Source of the DNA: Eledone cirrhosa
Lineage: Eukaryota
Direction of reading: 5' to 3'
Assembly (NCBI GenBank): GCA_964016885.1
Contig: OZ024740.1
Coordinates: forward strand, 298,468,001-298,532,000
DNA length: 64,000 nucleotides
Numbering within the stretch: the stretch's first letter is position 1; each line of letters begins with the position of its first letter. The position numbers were made by a program, and so were the translations under genes. This document shows positions 1 through 10,817 of this stretch, piece by piece. A model generated the notes under the pieces. The model had not been told where the DNA came from. It made no database searches and saw only the letters and a list, made by a program, of their open reading frames with translations.

Positions 1-320
1 CTATTGTATTTTCACAGTAAAGGCTTTACCTCACATAACATTTACATTACTCTATATTTACTATTGTATTTTCACAGTAAAGGCTTTACTTCACATAACA
101 TTTACATTACTCTATATTTACTATTGTATTTTCACAGTAAAGGCTTTACCTCACATAACATTTACATTACTCTATATTTACTATTGTATTTTCACAATAA
201 AGGCTTTACCTCACATAACATTTACATTACTCTGTATTTACTATTGTATTTTCACAGTAAAGGCTTTACCTCACATAACATTTACATTACTCTGTATTTA
301 CTATTGTTTTTTCACAGCTT
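1..320. repeat. 60-bp minisatellite, >=5.3 near-identical copies (continues off the window start)
   Basis: Successive 60-nt lines repeat ctattgtattttcacagtaaaggctttacctcacataacatttacattactctatattta with 0-2 changes; explains the periodic ORF 4..366. Confidence 0.97.
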
Positions 321-488
321 TAACTCACATAAAATCTCACATAATATCAAAGTTTCAAGATTTTGATGTTATTTATTTTGAGAACAATACCTTTACATAA
401 GTATCAGCAGCTGGTTATGGCCAGTTTGATCAGGAAGAGCTGATAGAATTCTGGCCTGATATAGCTGGTTTAAATGCTATAGGGTTAA
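1..488 (+). mobile_element. piggyBac-type MITE (right part) carrying the 60-bp tandem expansion
   Basis: Ends ...gctggtttaaatgctataggg-TTAA (485-488); colinear with the intact single-unit copy at 31528-31750. Confidence 0.8.
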
Positions 489-705
489 ACCCAGTTTCTC
501 TTTCAGGTCATCCAAGCTCTGTCTTTCTTTCACATTTACATTGCACTTCCAACGGAGTATGGCTGCTACATTTCTCTCCAGCCTACGCATGTCCTCTGCA
601 GTCACTGCCCCACATTTCGCACACAGCCATTGTATAGTCATCCTTTTGTATGTAGAGAGAAACTTTTTTTTTGTTGACAGTGAGAGTAGCTTTCTAAACT
701 TCAAT
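489..705 (-). mobile_element. RTE LINE RT C-terminal fragment
   Basis: ORF 477..704 AEDMRRLERNVAAILRWKCNVNVKERQS matches the C-terminus of RTE ORF 18363..19757. Confidence 0.8.
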
Positions 706-1226
706 ATTTCTCATCATCATCATTACGTGTCCACTTACTTTTCCATGCTGTCATGAGTTGGATGGGATGTTTTACAACCTGATTACTTCCTGATACGAAT
801 CCTTTTAATAACTTCTTATCACATGCAGGAATATGGTGTATCTATTCTAAAATCTTGATACACATCACATAAATATAAATTTCATCAAAATAGTCTAACT
901 GGACAATATTTTTGCTACATTATGCATGTGTGTATATATAGATTTATACGTTATTATTGAGTACCTGTGTGAGTGTGCGCCTGTGTGAGCAAAAGATCAC
1001 ACGTTTGTATGTGTGTGTTCGTATTTCCATGTAGACGCACATACACTTATGTGAGAATGTATACGTTTACATACTATTACGTATAAGCGTGTGTTTGAGT
1101 GTTTGTATGTTTATGTTTTGGATATTTATTTATATATTTTTTCCCCTCAATTTTTGCCCATTATTAGATTCCAGCCCCACTTTCATTTATCCTAAATTTA
1201 TCCATATTTAATAAACATGCCATATT

Positions 1227-1290
1227 ATTCTTTCTGACGACTGAAGACAGATATAAATATCTGTCTTCAAGAAACCACTGGTAAATGAAT
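1227..1290 (+). ncRNA. Type I hammerhead ribozyme motif (PLE pLTR/retrozyme-like context)
   Basis: ATTCTTT-CTGACGA(1234-1240)-C-TGAAGACAGATAT/AA/ATATCTGTCTTCA-A-GAAA(1271-1274)-CCACTGG-TA-AATGAAT; stem I 6/7 paired, long perfect stem II, GUA triplet. Confidence 0.75.
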
Positions 1291-1317
1291 TATCTTATGT
1301 TGTTTATTACATAACTC

Positions 1318-1398
<81 letters not shown>

Positions 1399-1551
1399 CC
1401 TCCCTCCTCTCTCTCTTTTTCTATATATATTATCCACTCTACTACCCTAAGTATTGAGTACTTTGGTGCGTTATGGTCCATCTAGTTCCTTACCACATTT
1501 CCTTCATTATATATATATATATATATATACACATATATATATATATAGAGA

Positions 1552-1635
1552 GAGGGTGTACCCCAAAACTGTATACATGCTCTTATAATGCTGTATACAT
1601 TTAATGTATGTATACATTTTTTGGAACACTCTGTA
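1552..1635. mobile_element. Short Tc1/mariner-type MITE
   Basis: Imperfect TIRs agggtgtaccccaaaactgtatacat / atgtatacattttttggaacactctg followed by TA. Confidence 0.4.
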
Positions 1636-1878
1636 TATATGGGATTTTAGCTTCAACTATCATTTTTTACTACCCTCTCTCTATATATATTGGACTATGG
1701 ACTATTTGAAATATATATATATACATATATATACAAATCAGATCAGCCAGAATCAGTTCCCGTAGGAGCAAGACAAGGTCAGCCGACCGGACACTGCTCA
1801 CAACAGGACAACCCGTCTAACCCATGCTAGCGTGGAAGAACGGACGTAAAACGGTGACGATGATGATGATATATATAT

Positions 1879-2291
1879 CGAATATTATTATTAATATTCG
1901 AAAAACTCAGATTACATTTATTGTATTCAGCCATGTAGAGCGATAAACTATTTGTTAGTTATTTGAATATGGCAAAGCTGGCCATTAATTGCTTGTATAT
2001 GAAACTGACTGGCCTATCTGCTGATATGCAAATCTGGCTGATCAGTGGGTCTGCTAATATGCAAATCAGACCGATCAGTGACTGTATATTTTAGAAAATA
2101 TCATATATTTTCACTAGCTCTGATAAGTTGGCAGGTAAGCAGTATACTGTACTGATGAAGGGTAATCACCCAGAAACACAAGAGCAAGAATGACGGAGTC
2201 ATTCTACTGACATGGCTTAAAGAGGCTGTTTGCATAATTGCAAACGAATCGAATATTATTATTAATATTCAAAACACTCAGATTACATTTA
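1879..2291 (+). mobile_element. Retrozyme/pLTR-like 371-bp unit with ~42-bp terminal redundancy and a damaged hammerhead
   Basis: cgaatattattattaatattc..ctcagattacattta at 1879 and again at 2250; flanked by (TA)n; CTGATGA(2152-2158)-A-GGGT-AATC-ACCC-A-GAAAC core without an intact stem III/UH site. Confidence 0.65.
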
Positions 2292-2294
2292 TAT

Positions 2295-2325
<31 letters not shown>

Positions 2326-2329
2326 CATA

Positions 2330-2425
2330 GAGTGGAACCTTGGTTCATGAACTTAATTCGTTCCTGAAGGCCGTTCGTCACTCGAAATGTTTGTAAACCA
2401 AAATTATTTTTCCCATACAAAATGT
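2330..2425 (+). mobile_element. pogo/Tigger-like DNA transposon terminal fragment
   Basis: (c)agtggaaccttggttcatgaacttaattcgttcc...ttcccat resembles Tigger-type left ends. Confidence 0.45.
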
Positions 2426-2606
2426 TGAGAGAGAGACTGTGTAAAAGACAGATATATATCACCATAATAACTAACTACACAGCAAGTGGCGCTTTCTTGC
2501 CGACTCTCAGTTGTGTCAAAGATATGACAACCTCTCTTGTGCACTAGACGAAGCACCGACTGTACATAAAGCGAGACAAGATCCCTGGCCTACCTAGGAG
2601 ATCAGG

Positions 2607-5600
2607 CTATTTCTAGCACTCCCATGGACCACCATGAGATTTCCCTATTTAGCTGCTATTTTTAGCATACATAGGGACCACCATGATGTTCCCCTGTTTA
2701 GGTATCCCCTATTTAGTTGCTATTTGTAGTACAACTATGGACCATTATGAGGTTACCCCTATTTAGCTGCTATTTCTAGCACATCTACGGACCACCATGC
2801 GGTTTCTCTATTTAGCTGCTGTTTCTAGCGCACCTATGAACCACCATGAGGTTCTCCCTGTCTAGCTGATTTAGCTGCTATTTCTAAGACACCTATGACC
2901 ACCATGTGGTTCCCCCTATTTAGCTGCTATTTCTAGAACTACTATTGACCACCGTTAGGTTCTCTCTATTTAGCTGCTGCTTCTTGCACAACTATGGACA
3001 ACACTGGGGTTCCCACTATGTTGCTGCTATTTGTAGCATACCTAATGACCACAGTGTTTAGCTGATGTTGCTGCTATTTCTAGCACACCATTATGAGGTT
3101 CCTCCTATTTAGTTGCTATTTCTAGCACACCTATGGACGACACACAGGTTCCATTTATTTAGCTGCTATTTGTAGCACAGCTATGGATCACAATAAGGTT
3201 TCACTGTACAGCTGATGTAGCTGCTATTTCTATCACACCTATGGGCCATTGTGAGATTCCCTCTATTTAGCTGCTATTTCTAGCACACATGGACCACCAT
3301 GAGATTTCCCTATTTAGCTGCTATTTCTAGCACACATATGTACTGCATGAGGTTTTCTCTATTTAGCTGCTATTTCTATCATACCTATGGACGACCATGA
3401 GGTTCTCCTATTTAGCTGCTATTTCTAGCACACCTATAGACCACCATGATGTTCCTGCTATTTAGCTGCTATTTCTAGCACACCTATGGACCACCATAAG
3501 GTTCCTTTTATTTAGCTGCTATTTCTAGCACACCTATGAGTCACAATAAGGTTTCACTATATAGCTGATATAGCGGCTATTTCTAGCACACCTATGGACC
3601 GCCATAAGGTTCCTTTTATTTAGCTGCCATTTCTAACAAACCTATGGATCATTGAGATTCCCCCTATTTAACTACAATCTCTAGTACACCTATAGAACAT
3701 CATGAGACTCTCCTATTTAGCTGCTATTTCTAACACACCTATGGACCACCATAAGGTTCCTTTTATTTAGTTGCCATTTCTATCAAACCTATGGATCATT
3801 GAGGTTCCCCCTATTTAACTACTATCTCTAGTACACCTATAGAACATCATGAGGTTCTCCTATTTAGCTGCTATTTCTAGCACACCTATTGACCACCATA
3901 AGGTTCCTTTTATTTAGCTGCTATTTCTAACACACCTATGGATCACAATAAGGATTCACTGTATAGCTGATGTAGCTGCTATTTCTAGCACACCTATGTA
4001 CCATTATGAGGTTCCCGCTATTTAGCTGCTATATCTAACACAGCTATTGACAACCATGAGGTTTTCCCTATTTAGCCGCTATTTCTAGCACACCTATATA
4101 CTGCCATGATACTCCCCCTATTTATCTCCTATTTCTATCATACCTATGGGCGACCACAAGGTTTTCCCAATTTGGCTGCTATTTCTAGCACATCTATAGA
4201 CCACCATAAGGTTCCTCTTACTTAGCTGCTATTTGTAGCACAACTATATCTACCATGAGGTTCCCCCTAATTAGCTGATGTAGCTGCTTTCGTAGCACCT
4301 ATGGATCCCAGTGACTTCACCCCTATTTAGCTGTTGTTTGTAGCACATCTATAGATAACCATCAGTTTCACCGTATTTAGCTGCTATTTCTAGCACACCT
4401 ATGGACCACCATGAGATTCCCGCTATTTAGTTGCTATGTCTAGCATACTTATGGATCACAATAAGGTTTCACTGTGTAGCTGATATAGCTGCTATTTCTA
4501 TCACACCATTATGAGATTCCCCTTATTTAGCTGCTGTTTCTAACACACCTATGGACCATTATGAGACCCCCTATTTAGCTGCTATTTCTAGCATGTCTAT
4601 GGACCTACATAGGGTTCACCTTTTTAGCTGCTATTTCTAGCACACCTATAGACCATCATAAGGTTCCCCTATTTAGCTGCTATTTCTAGCACAGCTATAG
4701 ACCTCCTTGAGGTTTCCCTATTTAGCTGCTATTTTTAGAACGCCTATGGACCAACATGGGGTTCCCCTATCTTGTTGCTATTTGTGGCACAACTATATCT
4801 ACCATGATGTAGCTGCTTTCCTAACACCTATGGTCAACCAGGAGTTCCCCCTATTTAGCTGCTGTTTGTAGCACACCTATGGACCACCATAAGGACCATC
4901 ATGAGGTTCCTCCATTTTGTTGCCATTTCTACAACAACTATGGACCACTATGAGGTTCTACTACTTTTTCTAGCACACTCATAGATTATGATGCTGTCCC
5001 TCCTTTTTAGCTGCTATATCTAGCACAGCCATGGACAACCATGAGGTTCCCCTTATTTAGCTGCTATCTTTAGCAAACCTCTGGACCAACATGAGGTTGC
5101 CTCTATTTAGCTTCTATTTCTAGGAAACCTATGGGCCATCATAAGGTTTCCCCTATTTAGCTGCTATTTCTAGTACACCTGTGGACCACATTGAGGTTTG
5201 ACTGCTTATTGATATAGCTGCTATTTCTAGCACACCTATGGACCGCCATGAGGTTCCCCTATTTCGTTGCTATTCGCAGCACAACTATGGACCACCATGA
5301 GGTTCCAGCTACTTAACTGCTTTTTCTAGCACACCTATGGACCATCATGAGATCCCCCTATTTAGCTGCTATTTCTAGAACTACTATTGAGCACCATAAG
5401 GTTCCCCCTATTTAGCTGCTATTTCTAGCACACTTATGGACCACCATGAGTTTCCTGCTATTTAGCTGCTGTTTTTAGCTCACCTATGGACCACCATAAT
5501 GTCCCTTTTATTTAGCTGCTATTTCTAACACACCTATAGACCATTATGAGATTCCGTCTATTTAGTTGCTATTTCTAGCACACCTATGGTCCACCATGAG

Positions 5601-5745
5601 GGTCCTGCTATTTAGCTGCTATTACTAGCACACCTATGGACCACCATCAGGTTCTCCCTATCTAGCTGCTATTTCTAGCACACCTATGGACCACCATTAA
5701 GTTTCCCTTATTTAGCTGCTATTTCTAGCTCAACTACTGACCTCC
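2607..5745. repeat. ~47-bp satellite array (roughly 60-65 diverged units)
   Basis: Consensus ctatttagctgctatttctagcacacctatggaccaccatgaggttccc repeated head-to-tail over ~3.1 kb. Confidence 0.97.
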
Positions 5746-5879
5746 ACGGGTGGGTGGAAAGAAACACTTTATTAATTATTGGTCAATTTTCATAAAACAT
5801 GTTTTATTTTGAATAGTATTATGATAAAAATACATTTCAGTATTAAAATTCTACATAGCTATCACCGTTGTCCACCATT

Positions 5880-6115
5880 GTCTACCATTGTTTGTAATCA
5901 TCTTACTTCATCAGGAAGCCTGGCGGTATGTTGGTCAGTACATGACAAATGCATTTCTTCTTTTGAGTCAGAATTTTTTGTTTTGCGCTATAAACTTCGC
6001 CCACTCTGACAGGAGAAATCAAATGACATTAAGTCAGTACTTGGTCAACAGCCCAGCTAATGTCCTGGAAATTGGACATCAAGCCACTCACGGACAGTGC
6101 ATGCAAAATGAGGTC
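5880..6115 (-). pseudogene. Tc1/mariner transposase C-terminal fragment (decayed)
   Basis: Minus strand reads PHFACTVREWLDVQFPGH*LG..PSTDLMSFDF..KVY, matching the PHxxxxVRxWLDxxFPGRWIG..SPDLxPxDF..KVY signature. Confidence 0.65.
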
Positions 6116-6796
6116 ATTGATGTCACAAGTTATAAGCAATTTTCAATAGTGAGTTTCTTACCACCCATCCTATATATGTAGATGTATATGTATGTATATA
6201 TCTAGCTTTTCAATTGCTGATAATACCTCACTGGCGCCACTCGAATAAGGTAATTATTTAACCCATAAATGGGGCCCTAACAGGTACTACTACTCCGAAC
6301 CAGAGGAGACCTTGGAGTGATAACAACTAAGGGGTAACTCCACATTCCCCACAGCTGAACTCCCGAACTGGAGCCTTGCCACTGGATGCAATTTAATGTC
6401 ATACCCAGGACTCAGGAGTTTTACCCACCCTAGATAGATATATATAGCATCACAAAATGTTAGAAATAGCAGCTAGATCTCACTCAGATTACACTCTTCT
6501 ATCCTCTGTTATTTTGAGACAATACCCAGGCAATACTTGGTGCATTTGCTAGTTAATAAATGTAAGTTTTTAAAACTTTGAATATATATATATATAAGTA
6601 TGTACACGTACATACATATATGTATACAGACGTACAGTAGTATGTATACATATATACACACATGCACACATATATATATGTACGTATGGATTCACCGAAC
6701 ATTTATTATAATGCTCGGTGTGTTTGTAAACAAACATCCCGTATTAAGCTGTAGTGTCTAGCAACCATCGTTACTCGTTTGTTCAACACTGACAAA

Positions 6797-6851
6797 GGAA
6801 CGCTGTACTAGTTTCAAGCTTATTAGCTATCGTCAGCAACGTATACCTTCC
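6797..6851 (-). ncRNA. Minimal type I hammerhead ribozyme
   Basis: Exact reverse complement of the motif at 7341-7395 (TCGTCAG at 6830-6836, TTTC at 6812-6815). Confidence 0.85.
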
Positions 6852-7340
6852 TGCCAGATTGTTGAACGTATATACTTACCTTATGCATATTAACAGCTGA
6901 GTAGCCCAATTTGCATATCGAGTGGGTTAATCGGCCGGGTGCACCGAAAACGATAAACGGAAAAAATGAAACAAAATTTCATTTCTCACTCTTAGTACGG
7001 CTGTTACTTAAATATAAGTATGTACACGTATGTACATTGTTTACAAACACACCGAGCATTATAATAAATGTTCGGTGAATCCATACGTAGATATATATAT
7101 GTGTGCATGTATGTATATATATATATACATGCTACTGTACGTCTGTATACATATATGTATGTACGTGTACATACTTATATTTAAGTAACAGCCGTACTAA
7201 GAGTGGGAAATGAAATTTCGTTTCATTTTTTCCATTTATCGTTTTCGGTGCACCCGGCCGATTAACCCACTCAATATGCAAATTGGGCTACTCAGCCGTT
7301 AATATGCATAAGGTAAGTATATACGTTCAACAATCTAGCA

Positions 7341-7395
7341 GGAAGGTATACGTTGCTGACGATAGCTAATAAGCTTGAAACTAGTACAGCGTTCC
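7341..7395 (+). ncRNA. Minimal type I hammerhead ribozyme
   Basis: GGAA-ggtata-CGTTG-CTGACGA(7356-7362)-T-AGCT-aata-AGCT-T-GAAA(7377-7380)-CTAG-TA-CAGCG-TTCC; bulged stem I, palindromic ACTAGT in stem III, GUA triplet. Confidence 0.87.
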
Positions 7396-8026
7396 TTTGT
7401 CAGTGTTGAACAAACGAGCAACGATGGTTGCTAGACACTGTACGGCTTAATTCCGGATGTTTGTTTACAAACACACCGAGCATTATAATAAATGTTCAGT
7501 GAATCCATACGTACATATATATATGTGTGCATGTATGTATATATATATACATACTACTGTACGTCTGTATACATATATGTATGTACGTGTACATACTTAT
7601 ATTTAAGTAACAGCCATACTAAGAGTGGGAAATGAAATTTCGTTTCATTTTTTCCGTTTATATATATATATATATATATGGAAAAATGTTCAAGACCCCG
7701 ATGGCAGAGCTCAAGCCGTTTCGACATATATATATATATGTGTGCGTGTGTGAGTGTGTGTTACTGTTTTGTCATGGAGAGAATGATGAGATTTGTGGTC
7801 CTTCTCAGGTCTACTGAGATTTGTGGAAGGAAGGTATCCCTAAACCAGAATCCTGGTTTGAATGCTTGCAGCAGAGTGGTCTCTATTAAATGGATCCAAA
7901 TCCTAGGTGTTAGTGTTAAAGTAGCCGATCGGTTAAGTCTGCCACTGAAATACACATTTATATCATACATATACTGCTTTTAATCTTTGATAAATTCAAA
8001 CAACCCTTTTTTTCTTTGATTTTTAG

Positions 8027-8090
8027 CTTATGTGTAATTTACTGTCAGTTGATGGTGATAACTACCCGGATATTCTTAGTATTAATGCAG
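8027..8090 (+). CDS. PNPT1: Internal exon (64 bp, phase 0/1) of mitochondrial polyribonucleotide nucleotidyltransferase (PNPase)
   Basis: Polypyrimidine-ttttag acceptor and gtaagt donor; translates [21 protein letters not shown], matching animal PNPT1 [21 protein letters not shown] in RNase PH domain 1. Confidence 0.93.
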
Positions 8091-8229
8091 GTAAGTTTCA
8101 GTTTTATTTTAATTATTCAACTATTATATACCATGTCGTTGTTGTTACTTAGCTCCACCTGAGTCTTAACATGTTGATTGACTATATAGAATCTTGCTTG
8201 TTGGCTCAGTATGTAATAAGGATAATAAT

Positions 8230-8760
8230 GAAAATTATTGTGTACAGTGCTCTGGTGCACTACAACATGTCAAAGGTGCATGTGTAGTACATAGAATAAT
8301 GTACAAATGTCAGGAAAGTGAACTGTGTATGAGTCATGATATATACACAGATACTCACACACACATGCATGTGTATGGAGGGGGAATATCAGGTGTACTG
8401 TTGGCGAATTTCGGGAAGCATGGAAGTTTTAAAGGATGCAGTGTCCCGTCAGCTAACAACTGATGCACATAGTTTGTTCCATGCTTCAGCAACTCTGAGC
8501 ACGGGCATTGTACCTGGTTGCTGTCTTAGAAAAAACAAAATAAAATGGTTCAAGCTCAACTTCACATTTCAGTGGTTAGCAGTCAAGAGGACAACTGAAG
8601 ACATCAAAACTATTCCTCCAATTCTGTCAATATGTTTTTCTGTCCCTCCCCACCACATTTTTTTATATCCCTCAACATTCACAGTTTGACAACACACTTC
8701 AGGACACAATTCACATGGCACATGAGCCTATCTTATGTTTGTCACACATTCTGGTTGGAA
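8230..8760 (-). mobile_element. Decayed CR1/L2-like LINE 3' fragment
   Basis: Minus strand RVAEAWNKL-type C-terminal motif (tttgttccatgcttcagcaactctga on +) typical of CR1-like RT ends. Confidence 0.45.
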
Positions 8761-8985
8761 AAAGTGAAGGGTGCTAGATGAGCAACAATTAGTTATGTTA
8801 TGAATTCTGGGGTTGTTCAGTTCGAGCTCTGAATCATGGAGAAAGATATGTTGTGGTTATTATTGTTTAGCCCCAGGCCAGCCTTAATTGAGCATACCTA
8901 TAATTAAAGACTGTCCAGCTATGTTGAACATGTCTATTTGTATATCATTAAGCATTGTCCAGTGTATCTTTCCATATAAAAGATG

Positions 8986-9326
8986 TGTAGCGAAGATACT
9001 GGGTTGTATGAATGTAACAAGGAATACATTGTTTGTGTGTATAATATTTAATTAACAATGGTAGATAGTATAGTTGACATGTCAAAGAAATAGATGATAG
9101 AATGAAACAAAGTTAGTCGTTACCGTTTTGATTGCCAGGCAAACGCGGCTGGCAGAGGGCGCCTGGCTAAGGCCAGCCAGGCGCCGGAAGGCCAAATGAG
9201 AGGCAGAGCCAAATGAGAGAGTGAGAACTTAAAGTTGTTAGTTTTATAGGGTTCTGACCGGAAGTTACAGAAAGGGTTCTACTTCCCGTCTAGATGTTAA
9301 TCCAAACAAGGGAGACAACCGCTACA
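8986..9326 (-). mobile_element. Solo LTR (341 bp) with 4-bp TSD
   Basis: GATG|TGTAGCG...CGCTACA|GATG: TG..CA ends, 7-bp terminal inverted repeat, GATG duplication; TATAAAA on - strand suggests orientation. Confidence 0.85.
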
Positions 9327-9471
9327 GATGATAAGGGGTAATTTGAAGGAGACTTTGCTCTCATTTCCAGCATATCAAGTAACAGCTTAGAGGTTCTCCG
9401 ATTGAGGTGTTAATTGTTGGTAGAGAATAAATGAAATTTGTGAGAAGATGTGTTGTAGTCATTCTGGTACC

Positions 9472-9655
9472 AGTGAATTGGCACTATTGGTAGAGGGTCG
9501 GACATGCTTTCCAGCATAGTTACGTCCCTTTACGATCTGAGTTCAAATCCTGCCGAGGTTAACTTTGCCTTTCAGCCATACGGAGTCGATAAAATAAAGT
9601 ACCTGTAATGTACTGGGTAATTGCTGGCCTTGTGCCAAAAGAAGAAACAATTATT
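9472..9655 (+). mobile_element. tRNA-derived SINE (other copies ~9890-10025 -, ~15795-15895 +, 20745-20933 -, 22315-22510 +, 30100-30322 -, 35170-35460 -, 53590-54110 - three partial)
   Basis: B-box-like gagttcaaatcc, conserved ccgaggttaactttgcctttcatcc..gggtcgataaaataaagtacc body, ggccttgtgccaaaag 3' end, (att)n tail. Confidence 0.85.
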
Positions 9656-10817
9656 ATTAATAGGAAAAGTAAATCCACATGTGGTCATGAACAACTCTAA
9701 TTGGAATAACAATATGTATATATTAATATGGTATGGTCCCGTAACTCCTGAGGTAGTCATAGTGGTATTGTAGTGACATACTGCATTTCTTGGGCATTTT
9801 TTAAAACTTGGCAGACCCCATTTCCTCACCTGGCCCAAGTATAGCAGATTTCTTTTGGAAAAGGATAGAGAAAGGTGAGAGAGAGGAATAATCAACCCCA
9901 GTACTTAACTGGTACTTTTTTTTTATTGACCTTGAAAGTATGAAAGGCAAAGTTGACCTCAGCGGGATGTGAACTCAGAAAGTTGAGAGTCAAAATGAAT
10001 ACCAAAGTTCTAACGACTCTGCCAAGTACATACTCAAATGAAGAGAATGTAATCTTCATTTGAGAGGAGCTATATGTCAGAGAGCAGAATGAGAATGAAG
10101 AAAGAATCTACAGAAAGAGAATTTTTGATATATGATTCTTTGAATGTACCTGTTCGTTTCAGGGTCTTAATTCCGAGCGGTTCTTAAAGGAAATTAAGAA
10201 TTTGAAAAAAGCAATCTATATCATAAGCAGTGTGGTATGTACAATTGCTTTGAATTGTAACCTCGTCAATGTTTGATGCTACAAGAAATATATATTTTTG
10301 TAAATAAGACAATAGAACCGTGTGGAAATGGAAACACCAATTGAAACATAAGTTTTAAATCTCTGAAGCCGTTTATGAAAGTATTGAAGAAGACAAGAAA
10401 ACACACTTCGATCTTCCGACGTGGAAGAAACCGTCACCGAATCATCATTTTTCTTACCTGTTGTACAAACCTGGCTGGACACAGAACACTGCACAAACAT
10501 TCTAATAGTTCTATAGAGTTATGAAATAATACATATGAATAAGCCATAGATGACGAACATCATAAAGTAATGTCAGTTTCATGAGGAGATAAAACGCCTC
10601 CATCCTTTTGAAGGAAAAAAAAAAAATGAGTATAAATCCTGGAAAACTGTAAGTCCGGTATTTAAAAAAAAAAAAAATCCACAAGGGATTGACACTCCAA
10701 ATTCACTATTCTCCTTTTACTTTGCTCCACTTTTCAAATTAAATGACACGACGGTTCAGTTATATTCAAATATTGTAAGCGCGTCCATTGAGAATATCGT
10801 CTATGACAAACTACTCA

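Larger units (their letters stand above)
6595..7658. mobile_element. Retrozyme-like element: ~420-bp hammerhead unit, ~1.05 copies on - strand joined to ~1.5 copies on + strand
   Basis: taagtatgtacacgta recurs at 6595 and 7015; inversion junction at ~7037; tgtttacaaacacacc recurs at 7038 and 7462; flanked by (TA)n on both sides. Confidence 0.85.

Noticed and set aside
4-366. 120-aa repetitive ORF
   Set aside because: Artefact of a stop-free 60-bp minisatellite
2607-5745. CRISPR-like array (conserved dyad repeat plus variable part)
   Set aside because: Variable parts are short and homologous to each other, no unique spacers, no cas genes, eukaryotic context: it is a satellite
7678-7728. Possible half hammerhead on minus strand (gtcgaaacggctt) between TA runs
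   Set aside because: CUGANGA half missing; cannot be supported
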